64,000 nt of DNA from Eledone cirrhosa (lineage: Eukaryota), in NCBI GenBank assembly GCA_964016885.1, contig OZ024740.1, forward strand, positions 88,660,001-88,724,000. The letters run 5' to 3'. Made by a program: the position numbers and the translations under genes. Below are positions 42,679 through 57,339 of this stretch, in pieces (positions within the stretch are counted from its first letter, which is position 1; every line of letters starts with the position of its first letter). The notes under the pieces are model-generated. The model saw nothing but the letters and a program-made list of their open reading frames with translations, searched no databases and was not told the DNA's origin.

Positions 42679-43272
42679 AATAGAATGAAGCGAAATTTCA
42701 TTTCTCACTCTTAGTACGGCACTTACTTAAATGTAAGTATGTACACGTACATACATATATGTATACAGACGTACAGTAGTATGTATATATATATACATAC
42801 ATGCACACATATATATATGCACGTATCGGTTTACCGAACATTTATTATAATGATGCTCGGTTTGTTTGTAAACAAACAAACAGCCCGAATTACGCCGTAC
42901 AGTGTTTAGGCATCCACGTCATCTTTTTGTTCAACACTGACACAGGAACGATGTACTAGTTTCAAGCTTATTAGCTATCGTCGGCATCCTATACCTTCCT
43001 GCCAGATGGCTGAACGTCTGAAAGTATATACTTTCCTTATGCATATTAACGGCTCGGCAGCCTAATTTGCATATCGAGTCAGTTCAGTCGGCCGGGCGCA
43101 CCGAAAACGATAAATGGAATAGAATGAAGCGAAATTTCATTTCTCACTCTTCGTACGACACTTACTTAAATGTAAGTATGTATGTATACGTACATACATA
43201 TATGTATACAGACGTACAGACGTACAGTAGTATGTATATATATATATACATGCACACATATATATATGCACG
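42677..43272 (-). mobile_element. 440 bp HHR repeat family, 1.3-unit tandem
   Basis: ggaatagaatgaagcgaaatt at 42677 and 43116. HHR at 42948-42990 (-) with a CCGACGA core. Confidence 0.88.
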
Positions 43273-43309
43273 TATACATATATATATATGCCTTAGTTTG
43301 GCGATTTGT

Positions 43310-43460
43310 GAAGGTGCATGGCTTAGTGGTTTGAGCATTGAGCTTGCAATCGAAAGGTTGTGAGTTCAATTCTCGGACCGGGTGATGTGTTGTTTCCTTG
43401 AGCAAGACACTTTATTTCATGTTGCTCAAGTTTACTAAGCTGTAGAAATGAGTACCAGCC
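43310..43460 (+). mobile_element. tRNA-derived SINE with CORE/V-type domain
   Basis: A box tggcttagtgg, B box gagttcaattc, then tccttgagcaagacactt. Confidence 0.75.
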
Positions 43461-43638
43461 TGTCCGGCCAGCCAGTAGGATGGCGTTATCTTATGGCTAA
43501 AACAGCACGACGTGCTGTGACCAGTGGCGCCGAATGGACGCCAGACAGACTGGTCGGTCAAGGTGATCAAGGTGATATATATATATATATATGACTCATC
43601 ACATCCATTCTGCTTTCATAACACAACTAGTCGATAAA

Positions 43639-43832
43639 TACGAGGGTGGGCTGAATAGTTTATAGGGTAACTATGAATGAGTGATGCTAGAGCCGTGAAA
43701 TCTTGCATGCATTAATTTCAACTTCTTTTTATTAATAACTGCATGTTACTTTCAAGGGCTATTTTGAAACATAAATCTCACTTGGTCATTCCATGAGACA
43801 ATCCTGGTCAGCGTATGGACTTTTCAGCCTAA
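43639..43832. mobile_element. Possible mariner-like MITE relic
   Basis: TA-cgagggtgggctgaatagtt at the left and a partial reverse match acttttcagcc at the right. Confidence 0.4.
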
Positions 43833-45719
43833 GAACCTTTCAGCCGAATGTCGAATTGTCATCAGTGTGTTCAATTGAACCACGAAAAAGCTGTTAGAGT
43901 ATAACTAGAGTATAAACCTGTATAACAGCTATTTTCTTCGAAAAGTGATTCATTGGAAGAAACACTACCGTGCTGGAGACACACATTGCATTCTACGTTA
44001 TCAGAACATATACTCTCGGATCCGATTTCAAGTTCTAGATGTTCGGGGACAACGAAACAATCAAAGGTATTAGATTTTTAAAGAATGGCTTTTTACTCAT
44101 AGTTAATTGAGTAAAGATACTGTCAGATTTCATATTGTTTTCGTGTGACCAAAAGAGTAGCAAATTCAAATTAATGGAAGCGTATAAACATAATTCTTGA
44201 AACTGATTGAAATACGTGTCAAATCTCCGTCCTAAGATCCTCTCTGTGTAAAGGAAAACATTTTGGACAATATTTTCCTTGAGGTATAAATATATATAAT
44301 GTTCCTGTGTAGAAAGACTTTGATCATTTGACTGCTTGATAAGAGCTGCCTTGTGGCTAGACAACAGCCGTAAAATAAAAGATAACAACCAAGAAGAACA
44401 GCTGCTAGCTTTTGCACAAAGTATTTGTATGCTATTTTATAGTTATGAGACATCAACAAACCAACGTAAACAACAACAACAACAAACTCTAAACATTCTT
44501 CTAAATACCATAAGATTTGTGGGAGTATGAATCAGCAGATCTGCAGCTGGACATTTTGCATTGAAGGCACAGGCTCACACAAGGTATTTGGAGAACACTA
44601 CTTTTCATCTATCATTCAAGTATCACCTCTCCATGCCATCACTCTTGTATAATTAACGAAAGTAGAAATACCGATGAGGCTGACAAAATTTACGTCACGA
44701 GTGAGTTCAGAAGACAACACAAATGACAAAAAAGTGATACTGCAAGACACCTTGCTCGACATTTTACCAATATCACCCAACCTCCTTTCTGGTATGAACA
44801 TTTATTTATTGATTCCGAAATTATAGAAAGCAAAGTTGTCCTCCTCGATAGTATTTGAACGCAAGGATTCAAGAGCGGGAACAAATACAGCAAGTTATTT
44901 AACCCGAATCAATGTATTTCTGTGCTGAGATGAAATCTCACGATAATCGACTTCGTAATTAGGAATTGATAGATGGATTAAATAACATCATACATCATTC
45001 ACATTATTGTGATATATAGTTAGCGTGCTCGGTTCTCGGATTTACATATGTGGCATTCATGAATGTACCACCTATTAATACTCCTTTAGGCGACCTTTTG
45101 ATTGATATTAAAAACTCATAATGTACAAGAAACAAAAACAATAACAAAAATGAAAATATTTTTTGCTGCTTGAGTATTCAGAAGACTTTGCAACTGAGAG
45201 ATTTCCATCGTTTCATCACACCATGACGAGTAATATAAATGGCAGTAATATATTAGCAGGATTCAATCAACTATATCCTATCTCAATGACAACAAACACA
45301 ACCTTGTGTATAGTCAATGTACATTATGATGCTACAACTTTTCGCTCGAGTATTATTGTTAGTAACGCTATTCCCGATAGTAATTTGTTCTGTAATCTCT
45401 GTCATATTATTCTGTTATTCACCAGACCATTGAATTAAATTATTTACTGAGCTACTTAATAACAAATCTATTATTAATATTATTATCATTATTGCTTGTT
45501 GAACTAAGAAGACGTGATTTGTGAGCTCGTGAGGTTTGTCATTATTTGTAAGGTTAAACTGTTTTAATCTGAACATTTTTTATTCTTTTGGAGATAAAGG
45601 TTTCTGCTTCCGTGTGAGATGGTGCTTCTTTCCATATTTGCAGCTCTTCGGGGCTAAATTGTTACCTCTGTTACCCCCCCCCCCCTAAAAAATTTCGAAA
45701 AAAACAAAACAAAAACAAA

Positions 45720-47640
45720 AAGAAACATGGCAGACGCCAACATTTCTTCCGCCAAGCAGTTTGTTTAATCAGGAAGACAGCGATATTTCGGTCAGCAGCA
45801 GTAATAGCACCAGCCGTGTTAAACGGTTAACTAGCAGCAGCCATGCACGGATTTTCTTTTTCAACGAAAAGACAATAGAAAACTAGTCGTAAACACACCC
45901 ACCACCACACACGCTATAACCAACACTAGTTCAAATACTACCACCAGCGCCACCACCACCACTACCACCAACACCATCAACGCCACTATCAGCAGTAGCA
46001 ACAAAGATGGAGAGTTCGCAAAGCCGACATGAGTCGCCCTAGCTACCACATCTTTTGCGAGGGTGGACAAAAATGTTGAAAGAATCTACGTTGCTACAAG
46101 GAGAAGAGGGAGGCCAAGCTTTTGACCAAGAAGGGCAGCCACAGGGTCAGCAACCAGTTGTGCTGGACGTGACCAAAAGAGAAGGCTATGTGAACTTTAT
46201 TAAGAATGTTGCGATCTTTAGTTATAGTGGGTGACTGGAACTGTATCTTAGGCGCACTCTAGGACGTTGTGGGGCTAGCAGACGAGGCAGTAGTGTGTAA
46301 AATCGTAGGAAACTAGCTTAGACATTGCCAACTGTGTGACAGGTAGCGATTGGATATCTCAGATGTGTCAAAGTGGATATGGACAAAACGCATCATTTCT
46401 AGATTGCGTATTCTGTATCAAAGAAGATAAGGTTTGCTTCGGCTCTCCATAATTCAAAGCAGTCGATTCCACAAACCACCCAATTTATTTTATAGAGTTG
46501 ATTTAGAAAGGCTTTATAGGCTTGGATCCGGTAACTAGCACCCTTAAGGTGCGCAAAGCCTGGAAGTCGGATTTGTGAATTATTTATGCGGGTGTTGACC
46601 GAGACAGTCATCAACTACAAACAGTTGTTTGACTTGAAAATAGCAATTTGTGTACAATCGATCAGGTTTATTGAAGGAGCAGTGGGAGAGAGAATTAGAC
46701 TAAGGAAGAGTTACTTATAAAGTTTGAATATCCGTTAAGGAAAGGCAACGCACACTAACACGCCTTAGGCGAGATAGACTCGAGATCGATTCTTCAACGC
46801 AAAGTGCGATCGTTGCGTATTCAGAGATAGGTCACGTGCTTTTAAACACGAAAGGACGAAGGCCATTTCTTGGCATTAATGTTGGACCACCACGACGGAC
46901 GCATGTCACTTGATCTCAGCAGATGTGCGCGGCTTTTCAACAATACTTCCCTCAAATGTTCCACAACAATGGTGGGCCGGATCTTGGAATGGATTTCAGG
47001 GCCTATCACGATTGCCAGCCACGGCTCTCAGAGAGAGATGCGGAGTAATACGAAAAAAAATATTAAAAGCCACATAAATACGGGAGGCAATAACTAACTG
47101 CACGAGGGTTTAGTCACCTGGTATGGATGGTCGTTCTTATATGCTTTACGTTTGCTTGCCACACTTATTAAGTGATATCCTGGCAGATGTCTACTGCATC
47201 TGGTAGCAGAAAGGCAGAACCGAGCATCGGTGGCGCTGCTGAGAAACGGACAGAACAAGTGGGACTATATTGATAATGTTTAGGCCCATAATTTTGCTCA
47301 ATGCAGAGTTTAAAGCTTTGGCGATGTTGTTGGCAATGATGTTGGCGCTTGTCATCCGTGGTCTGTGAGAGCAAGCACAAATATGAGCCATCCCAAATAG
47401 ATCCATCCAAGACACCCACTAGCTCATGTGATAAATCATAGAGGAGGTGGCTAAGGAACCTGTCGAAGGTATATCCCTGGTCAACTTAGATCAATCAAAA
47501 TTGTTCAATAGGGATGACCATCGGTACCAGAAGACTGACTTCAGGTCAGCCAGCTTCGGGCCCGTTTTGAGATAGCAACAATTCACAGCGACATCTCTTT
47601 GGCGGTAAGATCCGTGTTAGTATATGTCGACGGCGCCAAC
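45720..47640 (+). pseudogene. Old, heavily decayed Tx1/L1-clade LINE
   Basis: Remnants of VVLDVT, VGDWN, FFNAK, LLNAELK and VNLDQSK, colinear with the 38.5-39.6 kb and 28.4-28.9 kb copies. Confidence 0.8.
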
Positions 47641-48567
47641 GTAGTATTGTTAAACTCGTTAATGTGATAAAGATGTAAACATTAACTCTTCTGCCCGTAT
47701 GTATTATATTCATATTATTTATATTTGACTACCATGTTCAAAGTGTGTTTACAATAACGTACACTCACGTAAGAAGGTATACCCAAACATGGAGATATCA
47801 TCTTGTAGTCTTGTAACTGGTTGGACAACGCTAAACGCAGTCAAGGACGCAGTAGTGTTGTTAGATCGGAGCACCAGTTAAATCTGCCAATCACGACAGC
47901 CGGATATATTTTTATCCGTGTTGTGTATACGATAAATAACTATAAGTTACTGTTCTCTTTTAGGTAAAAATGTCTTTAAATGTACAACTGATCGGTGATG
48001 AAGTGATAACAAAGGCTGGAACTAATCAGATCGATTTGTCTGGCCACAGACAGGAAATCATGTAGTTTAGGTATAGTATCTATTTTTATAGCAAAGTTAA
48101 ATATGTGTTTACTAAAATCATTCGCTCATAAATTTCCGTTGTATCACCTTTTATCCTATCACCACGTACTGTTCCGTTCTTTAATCTATAAAGGCGGGGT
48201 GTTGGTGGGATCATTTGTGTTCCAGACAAAAAGCATTGTAGCATTCAGTTGCGGCTCATAATATCTTGAGTTCAAGTATAGCCGACGTCATCTTTGCCGA
48301 TCATCAGGGTCGATTAAATAAAGTGCCCGTCACATACTGTAGTCGATGTAATCAACAAACACTCTCCATAAATTGTTGGCATTATACCAAAATTAGAAAC
48401 CAAATTAGAAACTGGGGTCGGATTGGCAGAATTGAATTTGGTTTATGATATTTCTTCTTATCATTTATGGTGTTAGTTCAAATACCGCCAATATCGACTT
48501 TGATGTTTAGTTCCTCTCAACATTTCTGGGCCTGGATCTATCTATGTAAGCTAAAATGTACTTAATA

Positions 48568-48792
48568 TACAGAGTATCATAAATAAACGGGTAGTTCAGC
48601 ACTTATAATTCAAATAATATTTCTTAAGATTCTGGCCATAGAGTACAAAATCATAAATACATCAAATAAAACTAATTAAAATAGATAACTCTGGTTGATC
48701 ACACACAAATAAGCGGATGTTCAAAAAAGGTTATCTGTGAACCATGCAATGAAAATATATTGACTACCCGGTTACTTATGATTTATCGTGTA
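48568..48792. mobile_element. Tc1/mariner-like MITE
   Basis: TIR atcataaataaacgggtagt matches the reverse complement of actacccggttacttatgat with 2 mismatches. TA flanks. Confidence 0.6.
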
Positions 48793-49452
48793 TATTAATA
48801 TATAAATGCACGCAATCATAGGAGAACAATACAATGCATTACAATGGTGGTATATACGTTTAACGCTTAATGTAGTTGGAAAAGAATCTTAAAGTTTCTG
48901 ACAAAAACAAAGACAGAAGAGAGTAAATAAAATATGGAAGAGAGAAATTACGTAATATTGTTCGTGGAAAAAGGAATATGTATATCGTCAGAAACGTTAA
49001 GACCCTCTTCCTGTTATATCAAGCGTTAACCTAATATATCCCTTCCATATACTGTACTGATTGTGTTGTTATTTCTGTTTACCTTTTACATATATATATA
49101 TATATATATATGTTGCTTTTGAATTTGTTTTGCGAGATTTCTTATCTGTTCCCAGGCAAATCCGTTTACCACTATTTAACGTACTGAGTCCACTCTGATA
49201 TGCAAATTCATACTTACAACATTCGATTTTTGTAAAATCATTGAGTGAGTAGAAAATGGCGATCCTAGACGACATCTAATTGCTTGGCTCGTTATAATCA
49301 CACATATATATATATATATAGTTAGAGAAGCAAACAATTGCTTATTGTGATCCAGTTTTTGGTTAAGAAAGCCAGTTTCATGGATGGTCTCAACGTACGG
49401 TTAGGGGTAACTCCACAAGTTTGTAAGAATTCCGTTCAATCTTGGAGTATAA

Positions 49453-52050
49453 AGTATAAAAGAGAAAACACAGGTAAGCATTAAGAGAAGGATTTAATCC
49501 AGGTATTTACGACCGTTTCATTGGTAAGTGCAACCTTATATTGCTATACTGCAAATAGCAGCCACTGGAATATAACAGCACTGTGGATTATAACAAGGAA
49601 ACATACGGCTTCAAATCGTGTAAAAACCCACCTACCAACCCTCAACTGGATGCCTTTGAACAGGACTTACTGAAGATGATTATGAATATCAAATTAAAAA
49701 AGCGGAGGAATAATAAACTCCAGAATGTCATAAATACATTCATAAAAAAGCTGCGAACCACCAATGGAATTATTGTCAAAGCGGACAACACATCAAATGT
49801 GTATACGATGGATGTTAATACATACAATAGCTTCATACGGAAAGAATTACATAGGAAATACAAAAAAAAAAACAAATGAGGCGGCACTGATAAACATCAA
49901 CAACGAAGCACACAATATAGTCAAACACCTAGGAATAGACGACAGAACGGAGTCACTTAAGCCATGTACCCCCACATTTAACCTCAAAGACCACAAGGTA
50001 AATTTTGATTATAACCCCACTATTAGACTTATATGTCCATCCAAATCGGACATCGGGAAAATTAGTAAACATATATTAGAGAGAGTGATAGCACAAATGA
50101 AGAATAAACTAGTGATTAAACTATGGGGTAACGCTACCGAAACAATTAAATGGTTTAACAATATAGCTAACAAAGAAGTATCTAAATTTATACAATTTGA
50201 CATTAACGATTATTACTCATCTATATCCCCCAACACCTTGGATGAAGCCTTAGCATTCGCCAAAGCCAATTCTGACATAACAGACGACGAGATAAAAATC
50301 ATATTAGCTGCTAGGAAAACAATAATTAAATTTGAAAACGCCTATTGGGAACGTAAGGATAGATTAAATAACTTTGACATCACGATGGGGGCTAACGACT
50401 CGGTTCAAGTCACAGACTTAGTAGGTATTTACATAGCCCATAGTATACAAAGCGAGTTTAGCGACCTTCACGATGGAATCTACAGAGACGACGCCCTTCT
50501 CCTAGTTAAGAACCTAAATAACCAGAGCATAGAAAGACTCCGTAAGAATATTAGAAATACTCTCAGAAAACTAGACCTTAGCATAACGTAAGAGTATAGC
50601 ACTAAAACAGTTAACTTTCTAGATGTGACGCTTAACCTAAATACAGGATTTATAAGACCTTTTCACAAGATTAATGAAAACTTAGCATACATCAACTGTA
50701 ACTCAAACCACCCACTATCAATAATTAAATCCATTCCACGCAGCATATCCCTTAGGATCTCCAGCCTCTCATCTAACCGGCAAGTCTTCGAAGAACATGC
50801 AGAATACTACAATACCGCATTAGACAAGGCAGGCCACTTAGATAGAGTAGAATATATAGATGAAAGCCTCTGTGAAGCACACACGAACACGCATAACACA
50901 AACTCCAGAAACACACGCATACACACATTTACGCATAGAACTGCAAAGTATACGGCAAATAGAAATACAACATCGAAATCAAACAAGTCACGCAGTAGAA
51001 AATATATTTGGTATAACCCCATATTTAACACCTCTATTAGTACTAACCTACCCTCTACTTTCTTTAGAATAATAAATAGGCATTTTCCAGATTCACATAG
51101 ATACAGCAAAATCCTTAACACTAAATCTATTAGACTATCCTACTCCACGGCACCAAATATAGAAGCACACATTAAGATGCTTAACGCTAAAAAGATACAT
51201 AACAACACCAAAACACAAATTTACAACAATAACAATACAATTACCACCGAACACAAGAGAATATCTAATACACAACCACCCGCTAATAGGCAAACAAAAC
51301 GTAACACACTTGTTCAGGCATCGCAGCCCACAAATAATGCCAAAGTTGCCCATAACAAGAAATGTAACTGCCACCTACCTGAAACCTGTCCATTACAAAA
51401 TGAATGTATGCAGTCTAACCTGATTTACCAATGCACAGTGGAATCAGACAACGAGAAATGGTATTACATCGGAGCGACTGGGAATACTTTTAAAGCTCGT
51501 TGGTATACACACCGTTACGCAATGAAACATTCCCAGCACCGTTATGTAACTACCCTTGCAAACAAGACCTGGCAACTGAGGGAAAGTAACCATCAATACA
51601 CCCTGAAGTGGAAACAATTATCGAACGCGCCCCCATATCGGAGTGGTATGAGAAGCTGTCGATTATACGACCTTGAGCTGTTCCACATCTTAAGTTCGAA
51701 GAATAGGTTACTCAACAATAAAATTGAGAGATCAATTTATTGTAACCATAGACTCAAAGAGAAATTTTCGCACTACAAATCGAACCCTTAATCTCTTACT
51801 ACCAACTGACAAACTGCATATACTTAGACTTTATACCCTCTTATATCTAGACCCTTTAATTACCCACAAAACCAATACATATATCCCCCCTTCTCCCTCA
51901 TTCCTCTTCTATTTCTTCGTTTTCTCCCTTCCTTCCCCCTTCTTGGCTATCTTTTCTTTTTTTCCTTCTCAACCCCTTCTTTGCTTTTATTTATGTCATT
52001 ATTATCTTTATTTTTATTTTTTTATATATATATATATATATGTGTGTATG

Positions 52051-52086
<36 letters not shown>

Positions 52087-52116
52087 TGTATATGTGTATG
52101 TGTATGTATATATATC

Positions 52117-52173
<57 letters not shown>

Positions 52174-52635
52174 CTCTTTATATCTCTCCCCCCCTCTCTC
52201 TCCCTCTCTATCGATCCCTCCCACTATTATCTATTTAATTCTCTTTAACTCACTACACTCCACGACATGATGTCTGCTATCAAAACTGACCAAAGAATCC
52301 TTCCACCTCTACCCCTACCTCCACCTCAGTTTGTCATTCTACTTCCTACCTCTTCCCCCTTCCGCTCTCTCTATACTATGCCGTCTGTCCCCTCACCTCC
52401 TGATTCCTCTCTCTCTATACTACTAAATACAATTCCAAATAAATGTTTTTCTCTATATTTTAAGAATTATTTCAAGAGTAACTCACTATTTTGAAAATTT
52501 GGACTGTGAACAACAATTATAATTGAGTGGCTGCTATTTGCAGTATAGCAATATAAGGTTGCACTTACCAATGAAACGGTCGTAAATACCTGGATTAAAT
52601 CCTTCTCTTAATGCTTACCTGTGTTTTCTCTTTTA

Positions 52636-52640
<5 letters not shown>
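49453..52640 (+). mobile_element. Nearly complete Penelope-like element (Naiad-like RT + GIY-YIG) with inverted termini of about 114 bp
   Basis: 49453-49566 is the reverse complement of 52526-52640, and the two enclose the RT-endonuclease ORF. Confidence 0.93.
49583..51791 (+). pseudogene. PLE reverse transcriptase / GIY-YIG endonuclease polyprotein with one frameshift and one stop
   Basis: YGFKS, VKADNT, LKDHK, FDINDYYSSI, TMGA, IYRDD, NFLDVT, SNHP, WYNP, LIYQC..YYIGATG..FKARW. Frameshift in the A-run at about 49862-49872 and TAA at 50589-50591. Confidence 0.93.
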
Positions 52641-52695
<55 letters not shown>

Positions 52696-52984
52696 CCATA
52701 GATGTGTGTGTGTTTGTGTGTGTGTGAGCATACATATGTGTGTGTTTGTGTGTGTGTGAATGCTTTCGTTCTCGCGTAGCGACACATAAGATACCAGCAG
52801 TGTACATTAAATATTTACAATCCCTAACAACTTTTCTCTCGTTGAGAATAAATGGAAACCATATCACACACACGCGCGTGCACACATACACACACATGTA
52901 TATATATACATATATATATGTGTGTATACAAATGAACCACCATAATGGACTTGCTGTTTCTGCTGTTGTTGATGCTGCAGATGC

Positions 52985-53017
52985 TGCTACTGCTGCTGCT
53001 ACTACTACTACTACTAT

Positions 53018-53056
<39 letters not shown>

Positions 53057-53130
53057 CACTACTACTGCTACTACTACTACTACTACTACTACTGTTACTA
53101 CTGCAGCTGCTGCTACTACTACTATTATTA
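52985..53130. repeat. (CTA)n/(CTG)n trinucleotide repeat
   Basis: Direct reading. Confidence 0.95.
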
Positions 53131-54890
53131 TTAACAACCAAGCAACAGATATGCTCTTCTGTGTAATTAGAGGAGAAAACAGATTTCCATCTTTCGAATC
53201 AGCAAAGGAGAGAACTGGTCCAGCTGGGCTCTAATTAAGTAACTAATCCATATTTCAGCGAACTTGTTGAAGTAGAACACGAAAGTACAAAACGATGCCG
53301 AATCAAATAGTAGCTTAAAGAATTCGTTTATAAATCAAATCTCACGGGAAAATAATCTGGAATGCTAAAAAGGGGGGGATAACGTTGGTCATGTGATACT
53401 TTAAAAATAATAAGAACCCCCCCCCCCCCACATATATATATATAAATCGCAATAGAAACAACAAACTGCTGCAATAAAAGCAAGACATGCTACATGAAAT
53501 TTAATGAATTTTTCTCTCTATTACTACGGTGCCATAAATCTTTAGAGGAGAAATGGATGAAGCTTAATGAACTCTTACTAGTAATGCCCAAGGTCTATGT
53601 GTTATAATATTCAACGAATTGAGTGCAGGGATCAATAAAATGACACAAAAATAATTATGCTGTGATGCATAAACAATCATTTTATTTCAATTATTTTGCA
53701 AAATGGAGACAACTCCAGAATTATTTTGGCATTTCATGTTTATCAGTAAAACATAGACTTCACCAAATCTGCTGCACTAGTGATAAAATATTAAATAATA
53801 AATATTTCAGAGTGTATAATGTTTGGTGCAGAAAACTCCAATTTTTCGGAGAAATATATACCTACGAGACTCCATCTGCATAAAAGGAAATAATAAAAAC
53901 AGTATTTATGTTAGTTTTAACATATATAATGCATCGAACATAAAAATGCCCTCACTTCTAGTTCCGTCGCATCGCCGGATGCATAGAGCTGTTAAGATCT
54001 CACACCACATTAGTTTTATGAGCTCTCTGGAGTGTTGGAGGTTAACCGGAAATAATTACGCAGTTAATCAATAACTAATATTATTATTTTATCTCTTACT
54101 ACGGGAGACACATACGAAGTTTATTATATCGACCTCAAAGATTAAAAGTTACATGCATACGTATAATAACGAACAAATATATGCAGTAATTATGTATGAC
54201 TTTAAACAGTTAATCATCGAATTATCATTGTAAAAAGCAAATCCATATCACCTAGATATATTTTAGATTACAATTTACAACTTTGGCAAATCGGAAACTG
54301 AATCACTCATGATTTTTGCAGAACCTCATAGATTTATGATTTATAATAAGATCGGAAACCCCAGTTTTCCTTTTATACTCAACCATCTTTAAGAGCTTCA
54401 TTATAATCCCTTTCGTCTATCGTTCGTGTGACACTACCTAATTCTTTAGAGTGGAATTGAACAGATTGAACATTTATCTATAGAAGGGATATCTATTTCC
54501 ATCCCTGGTTTATTTGTTGCTGATAGTTCGTATTGAATGGATACCAGATACAAAGACTGCTGGAAATGGTATATAACCTAGTCTCATTCTGTTGGTGATT
54601 TGAAACACCTCACGTATGTTTAGAGGAGACACTATTGTTGAATCATACCTTAAATTATTATTATACATGTCGCTTCAAGCCTTGCGAGTGTGATCGAGTA
54701 GACTGATTCTGCTTGAAGACACATCGGAATGGAATTATATTGTAATTAAATACATTGTCACACTGGATGAAGTGTTGGATCACTCCTTATCAAGGGATGT
54801 CAACATGAATGGACCTGTTACTCTTATCTAAAGACATTTTATCCAATTCCATCCCGCCCGTCCCCTCAATCTATTGTATTTCTCATTCTT

Positions 54891-54926
54891 TCTTCTGATG
54901 AAGGAGTAGCGTCCGAAACGTTAAGA
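54891..54926 (+). ncRNA. Minimal (36 nt) type I hammerhead ribozyme
   Basis: tctt-CTGATGA-a gga gtagcg tcc-GAAA-cg-TT-aaga. Palindromic stem III (aacgtt). The 3' half and tail recur at 48987-49090. Confidence 0.78.
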
Positions 54927-55560
54927 CCCTCTTCCTGCTATATCAAGCGTTAACCTAATATATACCTTCCATATACTGTACCGATTGTGTTGTTATTTAT
55001 GTTTACCTTTTACATACATATACACACACACACACACACCACGCAATAAGAGAGACAAAGTTGCTCATACATATATTTTCCTTTTTTTAAATTTCCCACC
55101 ATACGGGGATCTGTGACAGACAGTCTGAAGCACCCCCCCTACACACACACATGTGTGAATCTTTTTATATATACACTCTCACACGTAGACGCTCACACCC
55201 TCTAAAACAATTTACCCAAAATAGAATTTCTTTTACAATTCTTCCGTTGCCAATCCCATAGAATTTGGCTCTAGCTTAGAATTTCCCTCCTTCGCCATCC
55301 CTATCTGAAATCTTGACCAATACACAAACACAATTGAAATACACACATATTTACAGAATATTTCACTTGTCCCTAAATACAATTTTGCTCTATGTGTAGA
55401 AACACAACTACTAACACTGCTGCTACTACCACCTCTCACTCTATACACAAGAGTTAATTTTACAGTCTCCTTCTCAGCAAGGAAGATGAACAAACTTACC
55501 TCAACATTTAATTTAAAATCTTGAATTTTTAGTTTTTAATCCTTATTAATTCAATGCTCA

Positions 55561-55600
55561 ACATTTGATAAGATGAATTTTACATCGAAACCGGTAATAC
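55561..55600 (+). ncRNA. Hammerhead-like motif with UUGAUAA core
   Basis: TTGATAA-gatg aatttta catc-GAAA-ccgg-TA, with a weak stem I. An inverted relative of the surrounding repeat (55470-55620) lies at 60910-61085. Confidence 0.6.
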
Positions 55601-55722
55601 TTTATATACTTTATATACATTATAGCACTCTTTTTAAAAAGAATTGTCCCTCTCATTCTTTTCAATAATGCTACTTTAACTAATCAAAGAAAGGAAAACG
55701 AAGACAAGCAGACCCTTCCCCC

Positions 55723-55826
<104 letters not shown>

Positions 55827-56170
55827 GTATGTTGTGTGTGTGTGTATGTGTGTGTGTGTGTGTGTGAAATGTAAACGGATTAACAACACAGGAAAATCGA
55901 AGCAATACAATATCATTTTTAGTTTGATATATTACGAGAAATGTCTGAAAGTTTCGGGCGTTAGTCATTCATCAGAATATATAATGTAATAAAAGAAGAA
56001 ATAGAAAGATAGAAAAGAGTGAGTAGAGGAAGAAAAGGCAAAAAGAAAACAACTTAAAGAGAAAGCACTTGTGTGCCTAGTTAGACAAACGTCTTCGGTC
56101 AGACGTGATCGACGAGAGCTATTATATCTTCGGAAATGTACATCGTTGATATCATTAATATATCCTTAGC

Positions 56171-56222
<52 letters not shown>

Positions 56223-56937
56223 TTGTTTGTGCAGGTGTGTGTGGGCTCAGTATATATTAATGATATCAACAATATTGGTAAAACGTGCGCTATAGAATAT
56301 GTTATCTGGGTGAAAATGTCCTAAGACCATACAAAATTCATAGTAGTTCTGTATATGAAATCATATGGCAGCCTAACTATCAAAGAAAAAAAATATTTGT
56401 CTTAACTAAACAAAATATTTTTATTTGTGAACACGTCACACATTTGGTAATAGCGGTGGACAATGCTAGGCAGTTCATTGGTAACATTCGCAAAACCAGC
56501 ACTATTATTGAAATAAACTAGATTCCGTGTGATGAACATTTGCTGGAGAGGATGCATGTATATATCAAATTCGCTTTTCCAGTAAATATTTGAGTATATG
56601 ACGCAAAAAGACTCCCAAGTCTCCATTTATAGAATATGCTACTCTCTGTAATTCCTGTCAGCATTTACTCCGTTTTCGCATACAGTTTGAAACAGTTTAG
56701 ACCATTACTAACCAGAGTAATAGATATTTAGGGTAGTAGAGTATACAGAGATTTGCGCCGTGCAATGCCTTTCCTCTTCTTCAAGTACAGACCGCTTGAT
56801 ATATGACATTTTTTGCGATGCATGGAACTGCTGGCCATAGACAAGTCCCTAGCAAGAGAACAAAGTCACATCCATGATGCTCATGCTTAAGTATAAAGCG
56901 ATGGCATTCCTCGAAATTGAGTTGCAACCATCATCAG

Positions 56938-56973
<36 letters not shown>

Positions 56974-57339
56974 ATACATAATTGTGGCCATGTATGCATA
57001 ATACACTACATAATCCTCCATAAGAATGTTTTAAGCCTGTTATCATGTCACAGGTATCACAGTAACCACATGAGAAGCCAGGCACGTGTTTCTGGATTCT
57101 TATTCATCGTCAGTGTCGTTTACTCACGCGGTACTGAGATAAGCTTATGCTATAGCACATATAGTGTTAGCGTTTGAAACATATCTGAAGAAGTCCGTCT
57201 GCATGCAGCGCGAATTTGGCCGGCTAGGGTTAATTAACAGTAATTCTAACACAGACTGATTCATAACAGAATTTTATATGAGGGCTTATACCATATTTTT
57301 ATATATAATTGTTTCTACTTTTTGGCACAAAGCCAGAAA

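Noticed and set aside
43310-43385. tRNA gene
   Set aside because: A and B boxes run into a SINE body and no complete cloverleaf is evident.
50625-51791. Selenocysteine recoding, reported for some Naiad PLEs
   Set aside because: The Cys motifs here and at 14.9, 16.1 and 32.7 kb use normal Cys codons. The only internal stop in the 49.6-51.8 kb ORF is TAA, not TGA.
52595-53234. Poly-Thr/Val/Ser/Leu ORFs
   Set aside because: (CTA)n trinucleotide repeat open in several frames, with no splice or domain evidence.
57215-57236. piggyBac-like end (ctaggg-TTAA)
   Set aside because: No matching opposite terminus or transposase was found.
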